Source of the DNA: Lama glama
Lineage: Eukaryota
Length of the DNA: 64,000 nt
NCBI GenBank assembly: GCA_028534125.1
Contig: CM052816.1
Span: 94,552,001-94,616,000 of the forward strand
Direction: 5' to 3'
This document shows, piece by piece, positions 25,746-40,045 of the stretch. Each line of letters opens with the position of its first letter. Positions within the stretch are counted from its first letter, which is position 1. Below the pieces are notes generated by a model, which saw only the letters and a list, made by a program, of their open reading frames with translations, was not told the DNA's origin and ran no database searches. A program made the position numbers and the translations under genes.

Positions 25746-27069
25746 GCACTAAATGATTGCTATTAAGAATGTAATGTTCAAAAAATAAAAAGCTAAAAAA
25801 ATAAGAATGTAATGATCAAGTGTATGGCCTGTCAAATTAGGTTGAACGAAGTTCTGGCTCCATTGTGAGCCGTGTGCAGTGGACTGGTCGTTTAGCTTTC
25901 ATGAGCCTCCGCTACTTCATCTGTATAATGATTTTAATAATGATTTTAATAATGCCTATTAAGGAAGAACACATGGGGCGCCATTGTTTTTTTTCGTCAG
26001 TGTTCTTACATTTGTATGTGTGTTTGGAGGTAGGGGGAGGGTATTGAAAAAAGAACAAACAGTAGCTGTTTGCAGGGTAAAATTATATTATCTTAAAATT
26101 GCTTAAGTAATATAATTACTTAAATTCATGTTCTCCTATCTTTAAAGATTTATATATATAATTTTTAATTGAAGTATAGTTAAGATTTTAGACATTGAGT
26201 TTACTGTAACTTGACTTTTTTATGCTAGTAATTTAGTTTTGGTGGGGATAGATATAAAGGTTTGACTGTTTTATATTCTTCTTAGATTTATTAGTAAGTA
26301 TATATTTTAGAGTAGTTAAAGTCGATGTGAAATTATGGAAGATCAACTTAAGCCTATGATTCCAGGGATAGGAAGGTAAGCACATGTTTTGAGTGTATCT
26401 GTGCATTTGTGCTGGGTACTTAGCAGTTTATACGCCACGGTTCTCATATGGAACTTAACAATGGTCAGGTGTTACCTATTCAGAAACTAGAACTTCCTGA
26501 TCTCTGGAATATTGAAATTCCTTTTGATATTGGAAAGTAATTGTTATAATATACATGCCCAAGAAATCTATATTTCACATGCAAGATTCATTGTAGATGG
26601 TAGTTAACGAGATAAGCACTGACACCTGCCATAGTTATTACCATTAATAACTATAGTTACTGTATTTATGAGTCCAATGCCTCTGAGTAGATCTTGTTTT
26701 CAATTTATAACATCCATTTGAGGAAGGAATGGTAAAAGAAAATCCCTGCTTTCCTAACAGAAAGTCTTAAGTCACTTGATATGAGCATCTGGCAGCAGAT
26801 AGATAGTTCAAAGCAAGGCCTGATGGTCAGCATGGTGCTTTTTTACTGAGTGAAACACCAGCCTAATTAGATTGATACATCCCAATCAAGAAAATGTGAA
26901 ACACAGCTCACACCATTGTGGGAGTCATTGGACTTCATTCGAAACACTTTTTAATGGCAGTCAAAACATCTCTGACTGAATTTATACAGTTCTTCAATGC
27001 ACAGAAAGTATTTTAACTATAGTTTCACATTCTCCATGCCAAAGAAGTGGTTCTGTTGCTGTAAAGATT

Positions 27070-29140
27070 TTTTAATAACAGTTTTGTTGAGATTCAGTTC
27101 ACATGCCATGAAGTCCACATGCCATGAAGTCCACATTTTAAAATGTACACTTCAGTGAGTTTTAGTTTATTCACACAGTTGTGCAATTATTGCCACTATC
27201 TGATATTAGAACATTTTCATTAACCCCCAAAGAAATTCTGTACTCATGATCTGTCACACCTCATTCTCCTCTCCTCCTATTAGGAGGAATAGGAGGAAAA
27301 TCGACTTTTAATCATGAATCTACTTTTTGTGTCTCTGTATTTGCCTCTTCTAGATCTTTCATATAAATTGACTCATACAATTTATCACCTTTTGTAACTA
27401 ACTTTATCTTAGCATAGCGTTTTCAAGATTCATTCATTTTGTAACATGTATTGATCCTTCATTCCTTTTTATGGCAGAATAATATTCCATTGTATGGATA
27501 TACCACAGATTGTTTATCCATTGGTCAGCTGATGGACATTTGGTTTGTTTTCACTTTTTGGCTCTTACCGATAATACTACAAGAACATTCATATACAAGT
27601 TTTGTGTGGACATATGCTTTCATCTATCATAAGTATGTCTCTAAGAGTTGAATTTCTAGGTCATATGGTAACTCTATCTTTAATAATTTGAGGAACTGCC
27701 AGACTGGTTTCCAAAGTGATAGCACCATTTTACATTCCCAACACCAAATGAATGATGATTCAGATTTCTCAGTATTCTGGCCAACACTTGTTAGCATCTA
27801 TCTTTTTGTTTTATTTTAGCATCCTAGTAGGTGTGAAGTGGTATCTCATTGTGGTTTTGATTTGTATTTCCCCAAATGACTAACAATATTGAAGAACTTT
27901 TCATTTGCTTATTGGCCATTTTTATATGTTCTCTGTATCAGATCCTGTGCCCATTTTTAAATTGGTTTATCTTCATATTGTTGAGTTGCAAATGTTGCCT
28001 ATGATTCAGTGGTTTGTCATTTCACATTCTTAATGGTATCCTTTGAAGCACAAATATTTTTAATTTTGGTGAAGTCCAATTTATCTAGTTTTATTTTTTG
28101 ATACTTACGTTTTTTGTGTCATATCTAAGAAACCATTGCCTTCACCAAGGTTATGAATATTTTTTCCTGCATTTTCTTCTAAGAGTGTTAAAGTTTTCGC
28201 TTTTACATATAGGTCTATGATCTGTTTTGAGTTAATTTTTGAATAAAGTATGAAGCTAGAGGTCCAATTTCATTCTTTTGCATGTGGCTATGTATTTGTT
28301 GAAAACACTGTCATTTTTCCATTAAGTTGTCTTGTCACCATTGAAGAAATCAGTTAGCTATAAATCTAAGGATTTATTTCTGGATTCTCAATTCTATCCC
28401 ATTGACTTACATATCTACCACTATGTCAGTATGTCACTGTCATGATTACTGCAGCCTTTCAGTAAATTTTGAAATTGGGAAAAATGATTTTTCTGTATTT
28501 GTTCTTTCTTTTTAAGTTTGTTTGACTATTCAGTGTCCTTGCATTTTCATATGACTTTTAGGACCAGCTTATTAGTTTCTCCAAGAAAAACAGCTGAGAT
28601 TTTGATAGAATTTTTTTTGAATCTGTAGACTGATTTGGAGACTGCTGCCATCTTAACAATATTAATGTTTCCAATCTGTGAACATGGAATGTCTTTACAT
28701 TATTTAGATCTTTTTTGATTTCTCTCAGCATTAAAAAAAAAACACAAAACTTTTCACAGTGTAAGTTTTACACTTGTTTTGCTAAATTTATTTCTAAATG
28801 TTTTATTTTTTGATGCTATTGTAAGTGGAATGTTGTTCTTAATTGGTTCAGATCATCCATTGCTAGTATGTAGAAGTGCAGATGATTTTCTCATATTGAT
28901 CTTGTGTCCTGCAACCTTACTGAACTTGATTATCCGTTCTAAAAGTTGTTGTCTGGATTCTCAGGATTTTCTTTAGCCAAGATCATATCATCTATGAACA
29001 GAGATAGTCTTATTTCTTCCTTTCCAATCTATATGCCTCTTATTTCTTTTTCATGCCTAATTACCTTGGCCAGGACTTCCATTAGCATATTGAGTAGAAG
29101 TAGCAATAGTGAGCATCCTTGTCTTTTCCTGATTTTAGGG
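27070..29140 (-). mobile_element. L1MB-like LINE-1, about 2 kb (3' UTR and degenerate ORF2)
   Basis: Continuous antisense L1 motifs: gtatctcattgtggttttgatttg, gccatcttaacaatatt, gagcatccttgtctttt. Confidence 0.9.
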
Positions 29141-29290
29141 GTTATAATTTGTTTTAAGATGTAACTTATAATGAAATATATTGGTAGTGACTCTGAAATT
29201 TCAAATACTCTTCTTTACTTTCTTGTTTAATAATAATGAAATTATTGTACTTAATAAATTATTTTTGACCTGAATCAAACTATCAATAAG

Positions 29291-29620
29291 TTTTTTTTTC
29301 TTTTTTTAATTGGTGTATATACTGTTACAGTATGTCAATTTCTAATGTGCAGCATAATGTCCCAGTCATGCATATATACATATATTCATTTTCATATTCT
29401 TTTCCATTAAAAGTTATTACAAGATATTGAATTTAGTTCCCTGTGCTATAGAGAAGAAATTTGGTTCCTATTTTTATATATAGTGGTTATCATTTGCAAA
29501 TCTCAAATTCCCAAATTTATCCATTCCCTCCCCCTTTCCCCTGGTAGCCATAAGATTGTTTACTATGTCTGCAAGTTTGTTTCTGTTTTGTAAATGAGTT
29601 CATTAGTGTCCTCTTTTTTT
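29291..29620 (-). mobile_element. 5'-truncated LINE-1 3' end
   Basis: T-tail, ttattacaagatattgaat..ttccctgtgctata, cctggtagccataag; homologous to 61715-62030. Confidence 0.87.
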
Positions 29621-32578
29621 CTAACTAGTTTTCTATTAACTATACTAAAATAATTTATTATAGACTTTGTAACTATTTTAGAGCTTTTTAACAGAAAATT
29701 TTATCTTTGAATATGTCATTTTCCATGTAATTAACACATGCACTTGTGCTGAAATTCAAACATGAGAGTTATTTTAAAGCCCAGTGTGGTGCTTGCTGTA
29801 TACATAAAAAGACATACTTTGCAGTTTGGAAATTGTGTAATCACGTATTTGTGTTTCACTTTTATGTCTAGGATTACCAGATACAAAGGAATTCAAAGAT
29901 ACATTGTGTACAGAATATGGTGTAACTCAATCTAGTCTGCCCCTTGATTATAACATCTAGAATCCTCTTAACCATCAATTAAATAACTGCATGTATGTCT
30001 ACATGCTGCTGCCTAGTAAAGTGGAGCCCCTGCTGGTGAAAATGCATCATCAACTGAATTTCCATCTGAGACTCTTCCTCTCTTTTCTAATTTTTCACAT
30101 TGCATTACTGTGGTCTTGTCAGCAGAAAGAGGATAGTAACTTCATTTCTTCTGCAGAGTTTCACATCATTAACCTTCCAGTGTCATTTTTATTATACGAG
30201 GAAAATAAATGGACTCATATTTGAGGGCAAGGCACTGCAGTATTGCCCATGCTGAGGAAATACACTTTCAGAGTGTGGTGACCACAGTGCTCCAGCAAAG
30301 GAAAGCATCCTCTTTCCACTCCATCAATTTTGTTGGTGTGAATTAACGGAATGCATGTTTTTTGTTTGTTTATTTGTGTGTGCTGTTTTAAGGAAATTTG
30401 CTTGGTTTATTATCACATTCTCATTATGTGACACAAACATTAGAGTGCATTTTTTTCATTAGCACAATGCAGAAAGTATTTGAATGTTTTCTGTAGAATT
30501 ATCACTGCAGATGATTTTTGAGGCATCTGTGCATGTGTGCGCGTGTGTTTGCATTTATGCAGAAGTGAGGTCAGAGTCTAAGCAAGTGGGTACTTTAGAG
30601 GTTTGTTTTAATATTTCCTGTGCATATGCCTAAAATGCCAACTCCTGTGCGTAACTGTCACTGCACATTCATGCAGCGTTGCTTTTTGAGGTCACACTGT
30701 GACATTTAAAGACGAGAAAGTTTTTATATTGTAGAGAGTTTAAAGGACACGGTAAAATAAGCTTGAAGCTGATCATCCTTGAAATGTTGTGTGATTATAT
30801 AGAGAAAACAATTTTTAAATATTTGTATTATATTCATATTCTTAAACATATTAGTACCTTGACATGGATCATGTGAATACAGCCAGCTGGGAGGGAAAGA
30901 ATGTAACTAACTTTCCAGAACAAGATGCATTTATACAACATCATTTTTAATGGCTAGATTATCTTACATGTATAGCCAGGTAGGAGGTTTTATCTTAAAT
31001 CTTTTAATATATGTCAGTCAAAATCCTTATAGCTGAATAGTGGTTCACTTCTTAAATTATTTCATCATAAGTACATGGAAATGGAGTTGCTGGGTCAAAG
31101 GCATGCTTGTCTTTGGGGTATTTGATTCTTATACATACTTTCTATTATCTTACAATGTTTTTGCTAATATCTCTCTCTCCCTTCTTAGGTTACTGAGTTG
31201 TATGTTTCTGGGCTAAGCACAGTTAGTAGCATGGGCTTAATAAATAAATGTCTGTTAAATGATTCAACTTACAGTTAGACGTATTTGGAAATCGATATAC
31301 TTGAGGAGTTTAAAAAACTATAGAACTGAGTTGCAAAAAGATATTTAAATCACTTATATGTGTTTAGTGATCTTCAATTACATGTTTTCATCTACCTTCT
31401 ATTTTTTTTCTCTGATAGAGATGGTTTTTAATGTTACAGTGAAAATTGTAATTTTTAAAGTGAAATGGTGAGATGCAGAGAAGTTGGGTGAAGTTAGGTG
31501 AGGGTGAAAACATAGGCATATAAGTGAATGCTAATCTTTTCTCCATCCCACTGGCCAAACATTTTGCATCCTCTCTTATGAGATCAATGTGAAAAGATTC
31601 GGAAATAATCAGAGATGGCCCTTGCTGTCAGGGATTTCACTATTTGTTATTAGATGGGACAAGTTTATAGAACAAGCATGGTGTTAGGTTATGAATTCGG
31701 GGACATGTGTTCTGGTCCCTTATTCCTTTACAGAGAAAAATAGAAAAGAAGGAGAGGGAATTTAGGACTGTTGACAGTCCTGCAGCCCATGGATGGGATG
31801 GGGTGAGTCAGGTCATGCACAGAGCAAGATAACATCCTTGAAGATAAAGCAGCCCATGGTTTGAAGTGGATGGATGTTCAGAAAGATCTGGAAAGAAGTA
31901 CAGGAGAGTTTTGGACTGCAGAGAAGGAATGAAGTCAAGAAAGGAAGGATTTGGGGTTTGTAGGAATAGACCAGCTTAAACCGGAGCACTGGAGTGAAGA
32001 TGTGGTTTGGGGGCATATGTGTTTTTCTCCCTCTGACTTTGGTCAGAACCAGTGTCATTAGTTACATGCTCAAGTTTTCTCACCTGTTCTTGCCCAGAGA
32101 AACCAGGGACTGAAAGAGAGTCATTCCTCATCCCCCCCGGAGCCCTGTGTAAGTTAGCTGGTAATCTTTTCCCTTGCAACACTCCGGGGTGGGGGGCCCA
32201 CCCAGAGATGGTGATGGAAACCAACGAAGAGCCATGCACTACGTGAGTGAGACTGACTCTTGAAGGATGGGTAGAGTTGTCGAATATAGGTGGTAGCGAC
32301 TTCAATTCCTTTTGACATGCACACACACGAAAGGCAGGGCTGGAGCCCCCCGTGGGAATTTATGCTGGTGAATTAATTGCAGTCAAGGCCCGAAGACACT
32401 TATTTTAACTTTACGCTTTGGGAAATTGATAGCAGAATTTTAGTCTTTAAAAAAAAAAAGGTAGTGGAGGTGCTCACTGCCTATCACTGCCTAGATTTGA
32501 TTTAGGAAAATAATTCCAACAGCAATGTGTAGGGACAGATTATAGAGAGATGGGACTAAGGATGGAATTTATAGGACT

Positions 32579-32759
32579 CAGGGACCTGGCCAGTCATACA
32601 GTTCACAGAACCCAATTCAAAATGAAAACGTGATGCCTGTTGTTTAAAAGTGGTGAAGGATTTTAAGATAGCAAAGGCAGAGCGTTATACGAAGCACGGG
32701 GCTCTTTTGAGCACAGGACCCTGTGACTGCCCAGCTTGCGTGCCCACGAAGCCCCCCTG
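32579..32759 (-). mobile_element. MER45A-like hAT-Tip100 MITE
   Basis: Termini caggg...ccctg; internal caaaatgaaaa...gcagagcgtt...ccctgtgactgc...gcccacgaagcc; about 180 bp. Confidence 0.78.
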
Positions 32760-33969
32760 GCTGGGGACTAACCCAGCATCTGAGAGGCGAGATAAATCCA
32801 AGAATAAATCCAGGACACTTTTGTGTTTTTGTTTGAATGGGTGAACGTGGTGCCCTTAGCCCATTAAATGAGAGTCGAATTCAGAAAGAAAATCTGCTTC
32901 ACGAGAATGCAAAGTAGATTTGTCCTGATGATTTTGAGCTGATTTCAGAAAATTTCCATGGTAACATCTGAGGGCATCAGAAGTATGAATACAGAGCTCA
33001 GAAGAGAGGTGGAATCCTGAGTAAAGAGCGTAGTATTAGGAGGTGGGGAGACTGTCAGGAAACTGGAATAAGGGTACAGGTGACCCAGTTGCAGAAGCCT
33101 GTGGAACACCGAAATTCAGAATGGGGGAGGAGTTCTTAGGGTGTCTTTTCATCTCAGCATCCCAGCCTCAAGCTCGGTGCTTGGCCTACAAAGAGAAAAT
33201 GAATGGGCAGGAGAAAAATGGGAGATGAAATAATTATTTGAGATAAGATGGAAGGTTTCACTGCATTTCTCCAAATCAGATGATTTATCTACTGAGTGTC
33301 CCCCAAAGGGCTTATTCATCACCCTCTAAATTTGGGGAAAACTGGATGGAATGGGAAATCCTGGAAGTTAGGGCTCTTGGCTTTCTGTCTTGGCTTCCCA
33401 CTTGCTACCCTTGGCTCCATCATTGACCTTCCTCCTTGAAACCATCTCGGCTCTAATGTAGGATTCCTGCCATGTCTGATCTCCCCTGCAACTGTGGTTC
33501 AGGATCAGTTATTCCAATTCCCCAACACAGCCTGGGTTAAAACTTTGGTTTTGATCTTTGCCTACTACAGACAGAAACCAAATAGAATGATATGTCTCTG
33601 ATTCATTAAATGTTAGCTATTTTTTTCTTAGGAAAGTGAAATGACCTTTAACATTTTCTGAGAAAACACGATAGAAATGCTGAAAATAACGATTCCTTTA
33701 AAGAATAATTCCAATCAGCTCTCAGCAAGACAAAGTGAAATGCCATGGAGTTTTTACTGTGCAAGGCCTTATTATCATAAAGTTCAGATTCTTGGGCATA
33801 GTACCGTATTAACAAAGTTTCCTGTTTAGTCATGTAGAAACTCTGCAACGTGCTCCCCTTTTATGAAGTGATGATGAAAGCCAGAGACAGAATTTCTATT
33901 CAAATACATTTTAATGCGAGTCTATTTACTTTTTCATGACTTTGAATTCTGTTTCTTACATAATTTTTT

Positions 33970-34017
33970 TAATAGAAGTATAGTTGATCTACAATGCTGT
34001 GTTAATTTCTGGTGTAC
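33970..34017 (-). mobile_element. Very short LINE-1 3'-terminal stub
   Basis: Matches the L1 terminus at 61724-61772. TSD tacataattttt at 33957-33968 and 34018-34029. Confidence 0.8.
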
Positions 34018-36499
34018 TACATAATTTTTAATGCCATTCACAAGTATGTACAATTAGAGTCAGTAATAATTAATAAGGAGAAAGTACAAATTAAGGTCAT
34101 TTGATTACACAAACATAATCACAAGGTAAAGTTGTCATAAATGATACCTCAACAAACTCAATTTCTCTCTTACAACAGTTATTTATCTAGTGCAGCTTTA
34201 ATGATCATAGAAATCAAGCATCTTGCTAAATGCAGGTTCAGACTGAGTTATTTGAGGATGGAGCCTGAGATTTGGCATTTGTAACGAGCTCTTAGATGTC
34301 TCCCATGTTGTAAGGAACAAAGACCCCACTTAAGTAGCAAAGGTTTTCGGTCTTGGTGAAAATGCAGGGCTTTTTTTTTTTTTTAATTATCTTGTTTGTA
34401 TCTTGTGAAGACTGGATTCTGTTCCTAAAAGTTACAACAAGCATTTTTGCCTTAGTAAGGTGGGGTGGAGGAGCCCTTTCTTGAAAAGGTGAGAAATTTA
34501 AACCCGCTCCCCAGTAAAGCCTGTTTGGAAGAGCTGTGTCTGCTCTCATTTAATGCATTTCTCGCTAAAGAAAGGGAAGGAGAAAAAGAGACCACTGCAT
34601 CGACCTGCAGTCTGTTTCCTACCTCAGAGATTTTTTGTGAGTTGTACCTTTTAAAAAAATAAGCAAACCAAGCACTCATTTCTTACTCATTTACCTTTTA
34701 TTTTACTTTGAAACTCTCTGTGGCTCCTTTCTCTACTGCTCAATTGCTCTTCCCTACAATTGTAAATACTCTCCTGATTTCAAGCTCCTCTCTCTTCCAT
34801 GAGCCACTCTTTAACCCTCATACTTTTCTTACGTTTTTTCATTATTTACTTTCTTTTCTTCCCCCACCCCACAAAGTCTACTGTTAGATGGGAGAATCAG
34901 GGAAAATACAAAGCTGGTTCCAACTAGATAAATGTTATAGAACCTCCTACAAGGCGGCTTTTTTAACAGTATTTTTTTATAGTTCCACAATGTGTATAAT
35001 TTCTGGCATCCTCTATCCGTTTTATAAGTGCCTTTTATAAGTCTAAATGCCTGTATTTACAGAGAATCGTTCCCTCTAGCCAATAAAACCCAAATCTGTT
35101 CACTGATGCAGTGCCTTAGGGAAACCAACAGAATGTCAGGCTTTATAGAGTTACTAGAAATGTGGTCTTTTTGCCTTAACGCTTAGTTATCTGATCTTCA
35201 TGGTACTCTTGTATTTTAAAACAGTTGATTGGTTTTTGTCTTTTAAAAAGAATTCAGAGCTATCAATAAGTTGCCTACGCTAAAGGCAAACGGTGTTAGT
35301 ATCTGGTGTTAGTATCGTGTTAATGTCAGCTCAACTTAGTATTTCTAGTGATTCTCTTCAGTTCTAACCTCAGTAGTACCTGTTTTGTCATTTTCATGAT
35401 GACTTGGAAATGGTGTTGCATCCTGGAGACATTTTTTATGTTACATTAATTTTTTTCTACCTCTAAGCGTTTTTTATTTCACATGAATATTAAAATTTTT
35501 TCGAGTACAGCATAAAAGAGATTATTTCACTTGATAATGTGTTGATATATGGTGTTTGGGGCTACATTAAAGAAAACCAGTTTCCTCCTTTGCATTGTCA
35601 TTATCAGAGACAGAAGGGAAACACCTTCCTCTCCAGCAGGACATCTGTTGATTCAGCCTGAAGTCTGAAGAACGCAGTAATTGTTTGCCTAGCCAACCAT
35701 CAACAGAAATGCAAGGAAAAATGTCTGGATCCACTTTAGCCTAAAACAGTGCATTTAAACGCTTATGTGGACGAAGAGAACTTTGGCTACAATACAGGCT
35801 CCTGGTTTTGTGCCTAAAAAAAGGAAATGTTTGTAAGCAAAAATTTTCTGGCCTGAGGAGAGACCAGCAATTTCTAGTAGCTGAATTATTTCCTTAGAAT
35901 AACTCATTGGAGATTAGAGTATTATTTCATATACTTTAAGTAATTCTAAATCCTAGCAGCCATAACATAGAGGGACTGAAGACAGAGATAGAGTAAAGAC
36001 TGCCACCTTCATAGGTAGCTGATGCTGACAAAATAAAATTCTTCTGCTTTCTCTGTCCAGTGCATCTTGTCAGATGATTTCTGTCTCCTTATTTGCTGGA
36101 GGTCAGCCCACGCAGAGTTATTCTCAGTATTCTGAGCATTTCATATGGACAGGACTCCCCCAACCACCACCACCACTCTGGTTCCCATAGCACTGATCAC
36201 TGTAAAAATTTGGGAAAGCCCACGAGGAAAGGATGTCCACCTGCTCTCAGATCCAGGTGCTGGCCATGCATGAGCCCATGACAGGCCTCAGCAGCCTTGT
36301 GGGGGGCACCTTGTGCCTGACTGCCGCATCCTCCAAGACCACGTGGCACCCCCTGGAGCCACGGAGGAATAGGAACCCCCTCCCCACTCTGAAGGCCAGC
36401 TCTTTTTCTGCCTCTGGATGATGGAGAAGGGACAGTCCCTTTTCTGAGCAGAACCCCCTGCCCCCCTCTACAGGACACACCCTGGCCCCTGAGTAAGAC

Positions 36500-36878
36500 C
36501 ATCCTAGTCTGTTTGGGCTGCTCTCACAAAATTTCACTGACAAATAAGAAAAAGCAACTTATTTCTCACAGCTCTGGAGGCTGAAGTCCAAGATCAGGAT
36601 GCAGCATGGTCAGGTTCTGGGGAGGCCTCTCTTCCTGATTTGCTGACGGCCGCCTTCTTGCTGTGCCCTCACACAGCAGAGAGAGGGCGAGAGAGTTCCC
36701 TGGGATCCCTAAGAGGGACTAATCCCGTTGCAGGGCTTCACCCTCATGACCTGGCCACCTTCCGAAGGCCCCGCCTCCTAACACCATCACACTGGAGGGC
36801 TGGGATTTCAACGGATGAATTTAGGTGGGGGTGGGGGTGGGGGTGAGGCTGGGACACACACACATTCAGTCTGCTGCA
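36500..36878 (-). mobile_element. MaLR LTR (MLT1A-like)
   Basis: ttatttctcacagctctggaggctgaagtccaagatcagg...caccctcatgacct...gacacacacattcagtc. Confidence 0.85.
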
Positions 36879-38999
36879 GAGACCGTCACAATACACAGTG
36901 ATATTTTCCATTTGGACCATCCTCATCTTAACTGCATGAGACTCCCAACAATACAAGTATAGGGGACCAAACCCAGTCTGATTTCTAGTCACAGGTTCTT
37001 CTTCAAGGAGAGTTTAGGAGAGATTAGACCACCCCGATACCCGCTCCCAGCCCCCACCCCCAGGTTTTCTGAGAACTGTGTGGAGTCATTATGGGCGTGT
37101 CTCAAGCACAGGCATAGGACACTTTCTTCCTCTTCATAGGAGTAACCTAGCTAAAAATATACCCACTTCGTATTACTATACCACACTTAAAGTCCCGGGC
37201 TGAAGCCCGTGCTGGGGTCACACTTGCCTACCATCTGCATGACTGAAAGGGCTCCCTAAAGTGATGTCCCCCAGAAGGGACGTGTACCGCAAAGTTAAAT
37301 TCCATCTGTCATTATCAAATGCAGGACCCGCACTACTTGAAACAGCACCTTTTCGGCTTCATAAATTCCAAGATCCTTTACCCAGCGGCACCTCCATCAG
37401 CCTGGAACCAGAACGTCGTAATTGGCTCAGGATATCAGAGAGCCTTGGCAGGAGAATGACTGCATCTGCCAAAGGCATCTAACGTGTTCCCCAAACACGA
37501 GTCAGCCACTTGGGGGTTCTGGGGCAATTGTCAGGGTGAAGAGTAAGCCGTTGTTTTCCAACTTGGAGTGTCGTCATTTAGGTGGAATCAACCCTTTCAT
37601 TCTTTCAGGCTTGTTCATTCCACAAACGTTTAAGTGCTGATGACTGTTGGGGATGTGAATAGCAGTAGAAGAAACACAGTTAAAATTAAAATAGCATCTC
37701 TCCTCTAAGCACTCAAGTGTCCTAGTGGTGGCGGGAGTTGGATGTTTAATGCGTGACGAGGTGATGAATGCTAGAATGCAGGTGTGAAGGCAAGCACAGG
37801 GAGGGGGGGCGTCAGGGCAGGCTGGGGCTGGCCTCGGGAAGACCGATGTCTGAGCTGAGTGTTAGAGGCAGAAGTCCTCCAGGTGGCACCATGCTGACGT
37901 CGTGACACAGGGGTATGCGTAAAGAGAATGGGTAGAGGTGGAGAATCTAAACATTGTACCTCCTTATAATCTACTAAGGCATTGAGTGTTTACTGAACCA
38001 GGGACACAAATTATAGTCACATCTTTCTGCAGGGATCTCTTTTCAGTGAGACTTTTGACGCTTCTTTTCTTCATGGCTTTTGGTAAGAAAATAATCTAAA
38101 CATTGCTTAGCTTTAATTTTCTTCTCAGAGTGACTTTCTATACAATTGCTCCTTATTGTTTACAAATGGGAGATCATTCCCCAACGTCAGGGCATTGAGT
38201 CTCTTACCAGAGGTTTATATCAGGTTGGCAGGCTCCAGGCAGCTGGTAAGGAGAGAATAGCAAGTTCCAGGAGAGAGTCTGGCCTCTTTGGAAGTTTGGG
38301 TTGGCACAATTTGCTTGTCCCAGGAGTGCGGCACATGGAGGCGAGGGGACAGATAGATCTAAAGGAAAAGCCAGTAATGCCCAGCGGGCCGTCTCCAGAC
38401 TGTGTACCCAAAGGGCTTACCCAGAGTGGAAGAAACTGCCAGAAACCCAATAGGACCGGAAGTCATAAGACAGCGGATGCTCAAAGTAGAGAGATGGAGG
38501 GACATAGAATCATTCTCTGGTAGGTGCCAGGGTAGGTTATAGGATTTCAGCCCCTGTCACAGGAATATGTAAATAATGCAGCAGTAAGTGAGCCTGGGTC
38601 AAACTGATCTGAAGTCTGGTCTTGATTGTTCAACCAAAAGTTTTTTTTAGATTGTACTAAATTTATAACAGATAATAAATAAGCCAGAGTTGACTAACAA
38701 CTTTGGGGAATTATTTTATATAATTTAGAAAAAAATGTGTGTTTCCTGCCACATATTTTATAACACATTTCAAAATGCCAGTGCTCACAGTTAGATTTAT
38801 GTGGAGTAGGATATGTTTATACATTTATTCATTCATGTTTTGAACCCTTCCACCGCTGTGTTAAGTCAAGTCGAGATAAATAAAATCCTCCACAAGCATA
38901 CAGCCTGTTAGTCTATAACACATAGATGTCCAAATACATTTGTATATAATGGCTGCATGTGTATAAATTATTATTGAACACAGACCGAATACATGGCTT

Positions 39000-39780
39000 A
39001 TAACAGTTTTGAGGAAACATCACAGAAAAATGGAGAAAGAAGGTCTTAATTCCCAAAAAACAGTTGATACAGAAGAACATCTGGAAAGTGAAGGGCTTTG
39101 AAGTACAAGTAAGGTTTTGATGCTCAGAAATGGAAGTGGAATCTTTTCTACAGCAAGGGAATGCACCGGAAATCTGAGAAAGTGCCCCGGGCAGCGAACC
39201 ACAGGGGCCTGCCTACCTGCACCTGGGAGAGGAGATTGGAAAGGTGGGTTGGGGGCAGATTGTTTTGTGCTTAGAAGCATGGATTGATTCTTCAAGTAGT
39301 AAGGAGCCATTGAAAGCTTCCAAGCCATTTAAAAACATAATTATGTAGGCATATAACTGGCATCCGTCTCAGAGTGTTTCAGAAGCAGAGGGGGACTATT
39401 ACGGGCTGGGGCTGTATAAGGCATCCATGTACAATAGCCCAGGAAGGGGCCTCCTGCATGGTCCAGATGAAAGATGACGAGGGCCCAAAGTAGGTCAGTG
39501 ACTGTGGGAACAGAAAGAGGAACACGGTTCAGCTTTAATATTCTTAGCTTTGTAGATTTTTTTTTGGAGGTGAGGTTGGGGAAATGGGCAGCATTTGGTA
39601 ATTTATTGGAGGTAAAGATTGAGAAGGGAGTAGAAAATGATTCAGAAATAGATGACTAGTCTCAGTGACTAAAGCTGTGGTAATCGAGTCACTGAAGCAA
39701 GGCACAGAGGACGAGAACCACTTTTTAGGTTTAAGGTAATGGATTGAGTTTTAGACAAATACGAGATGACATCGGAAAGG
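39000..39780 (-). mobile_element. Degraded L2 fragment
   Basis: ggagccattgaaagcttc..., ggagtagaaaatgattc, ttgagttttagaca motifs. Boundaries approximate. Confidence 0.5.
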
Positions 39781-39789
39781 CGATACCTA

Positions 39790-40045
39790 ATACGTCATGA
39801 AACAAAGCTACTGCGTACGGAGGGCTTGGTGTGTTCCCAGCACTTTGTAAGTCCTTGGCATGCATCGTTGTTTATAATACAATGTTTATCATTTTATCAT
39901 CATCGCTGATATTTTATTATCACTTCTGGGTGCTAGATAAAGGGAAAGAGTCTCAATTAAGTAACTGTCCCTGTTGGGCACTGCCCAGTGATGACCCTGG
40001 GAATGTAGATTTGGAACCTGGGAAGACGTCAAGGCTAACAAGGTA
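39790..40045 (-). mobile_element. MIR fragment
   Basis: ccagcactttgtaag...attaagtaactgtcc...gatttggaacctggg. Confidence 0.55.
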
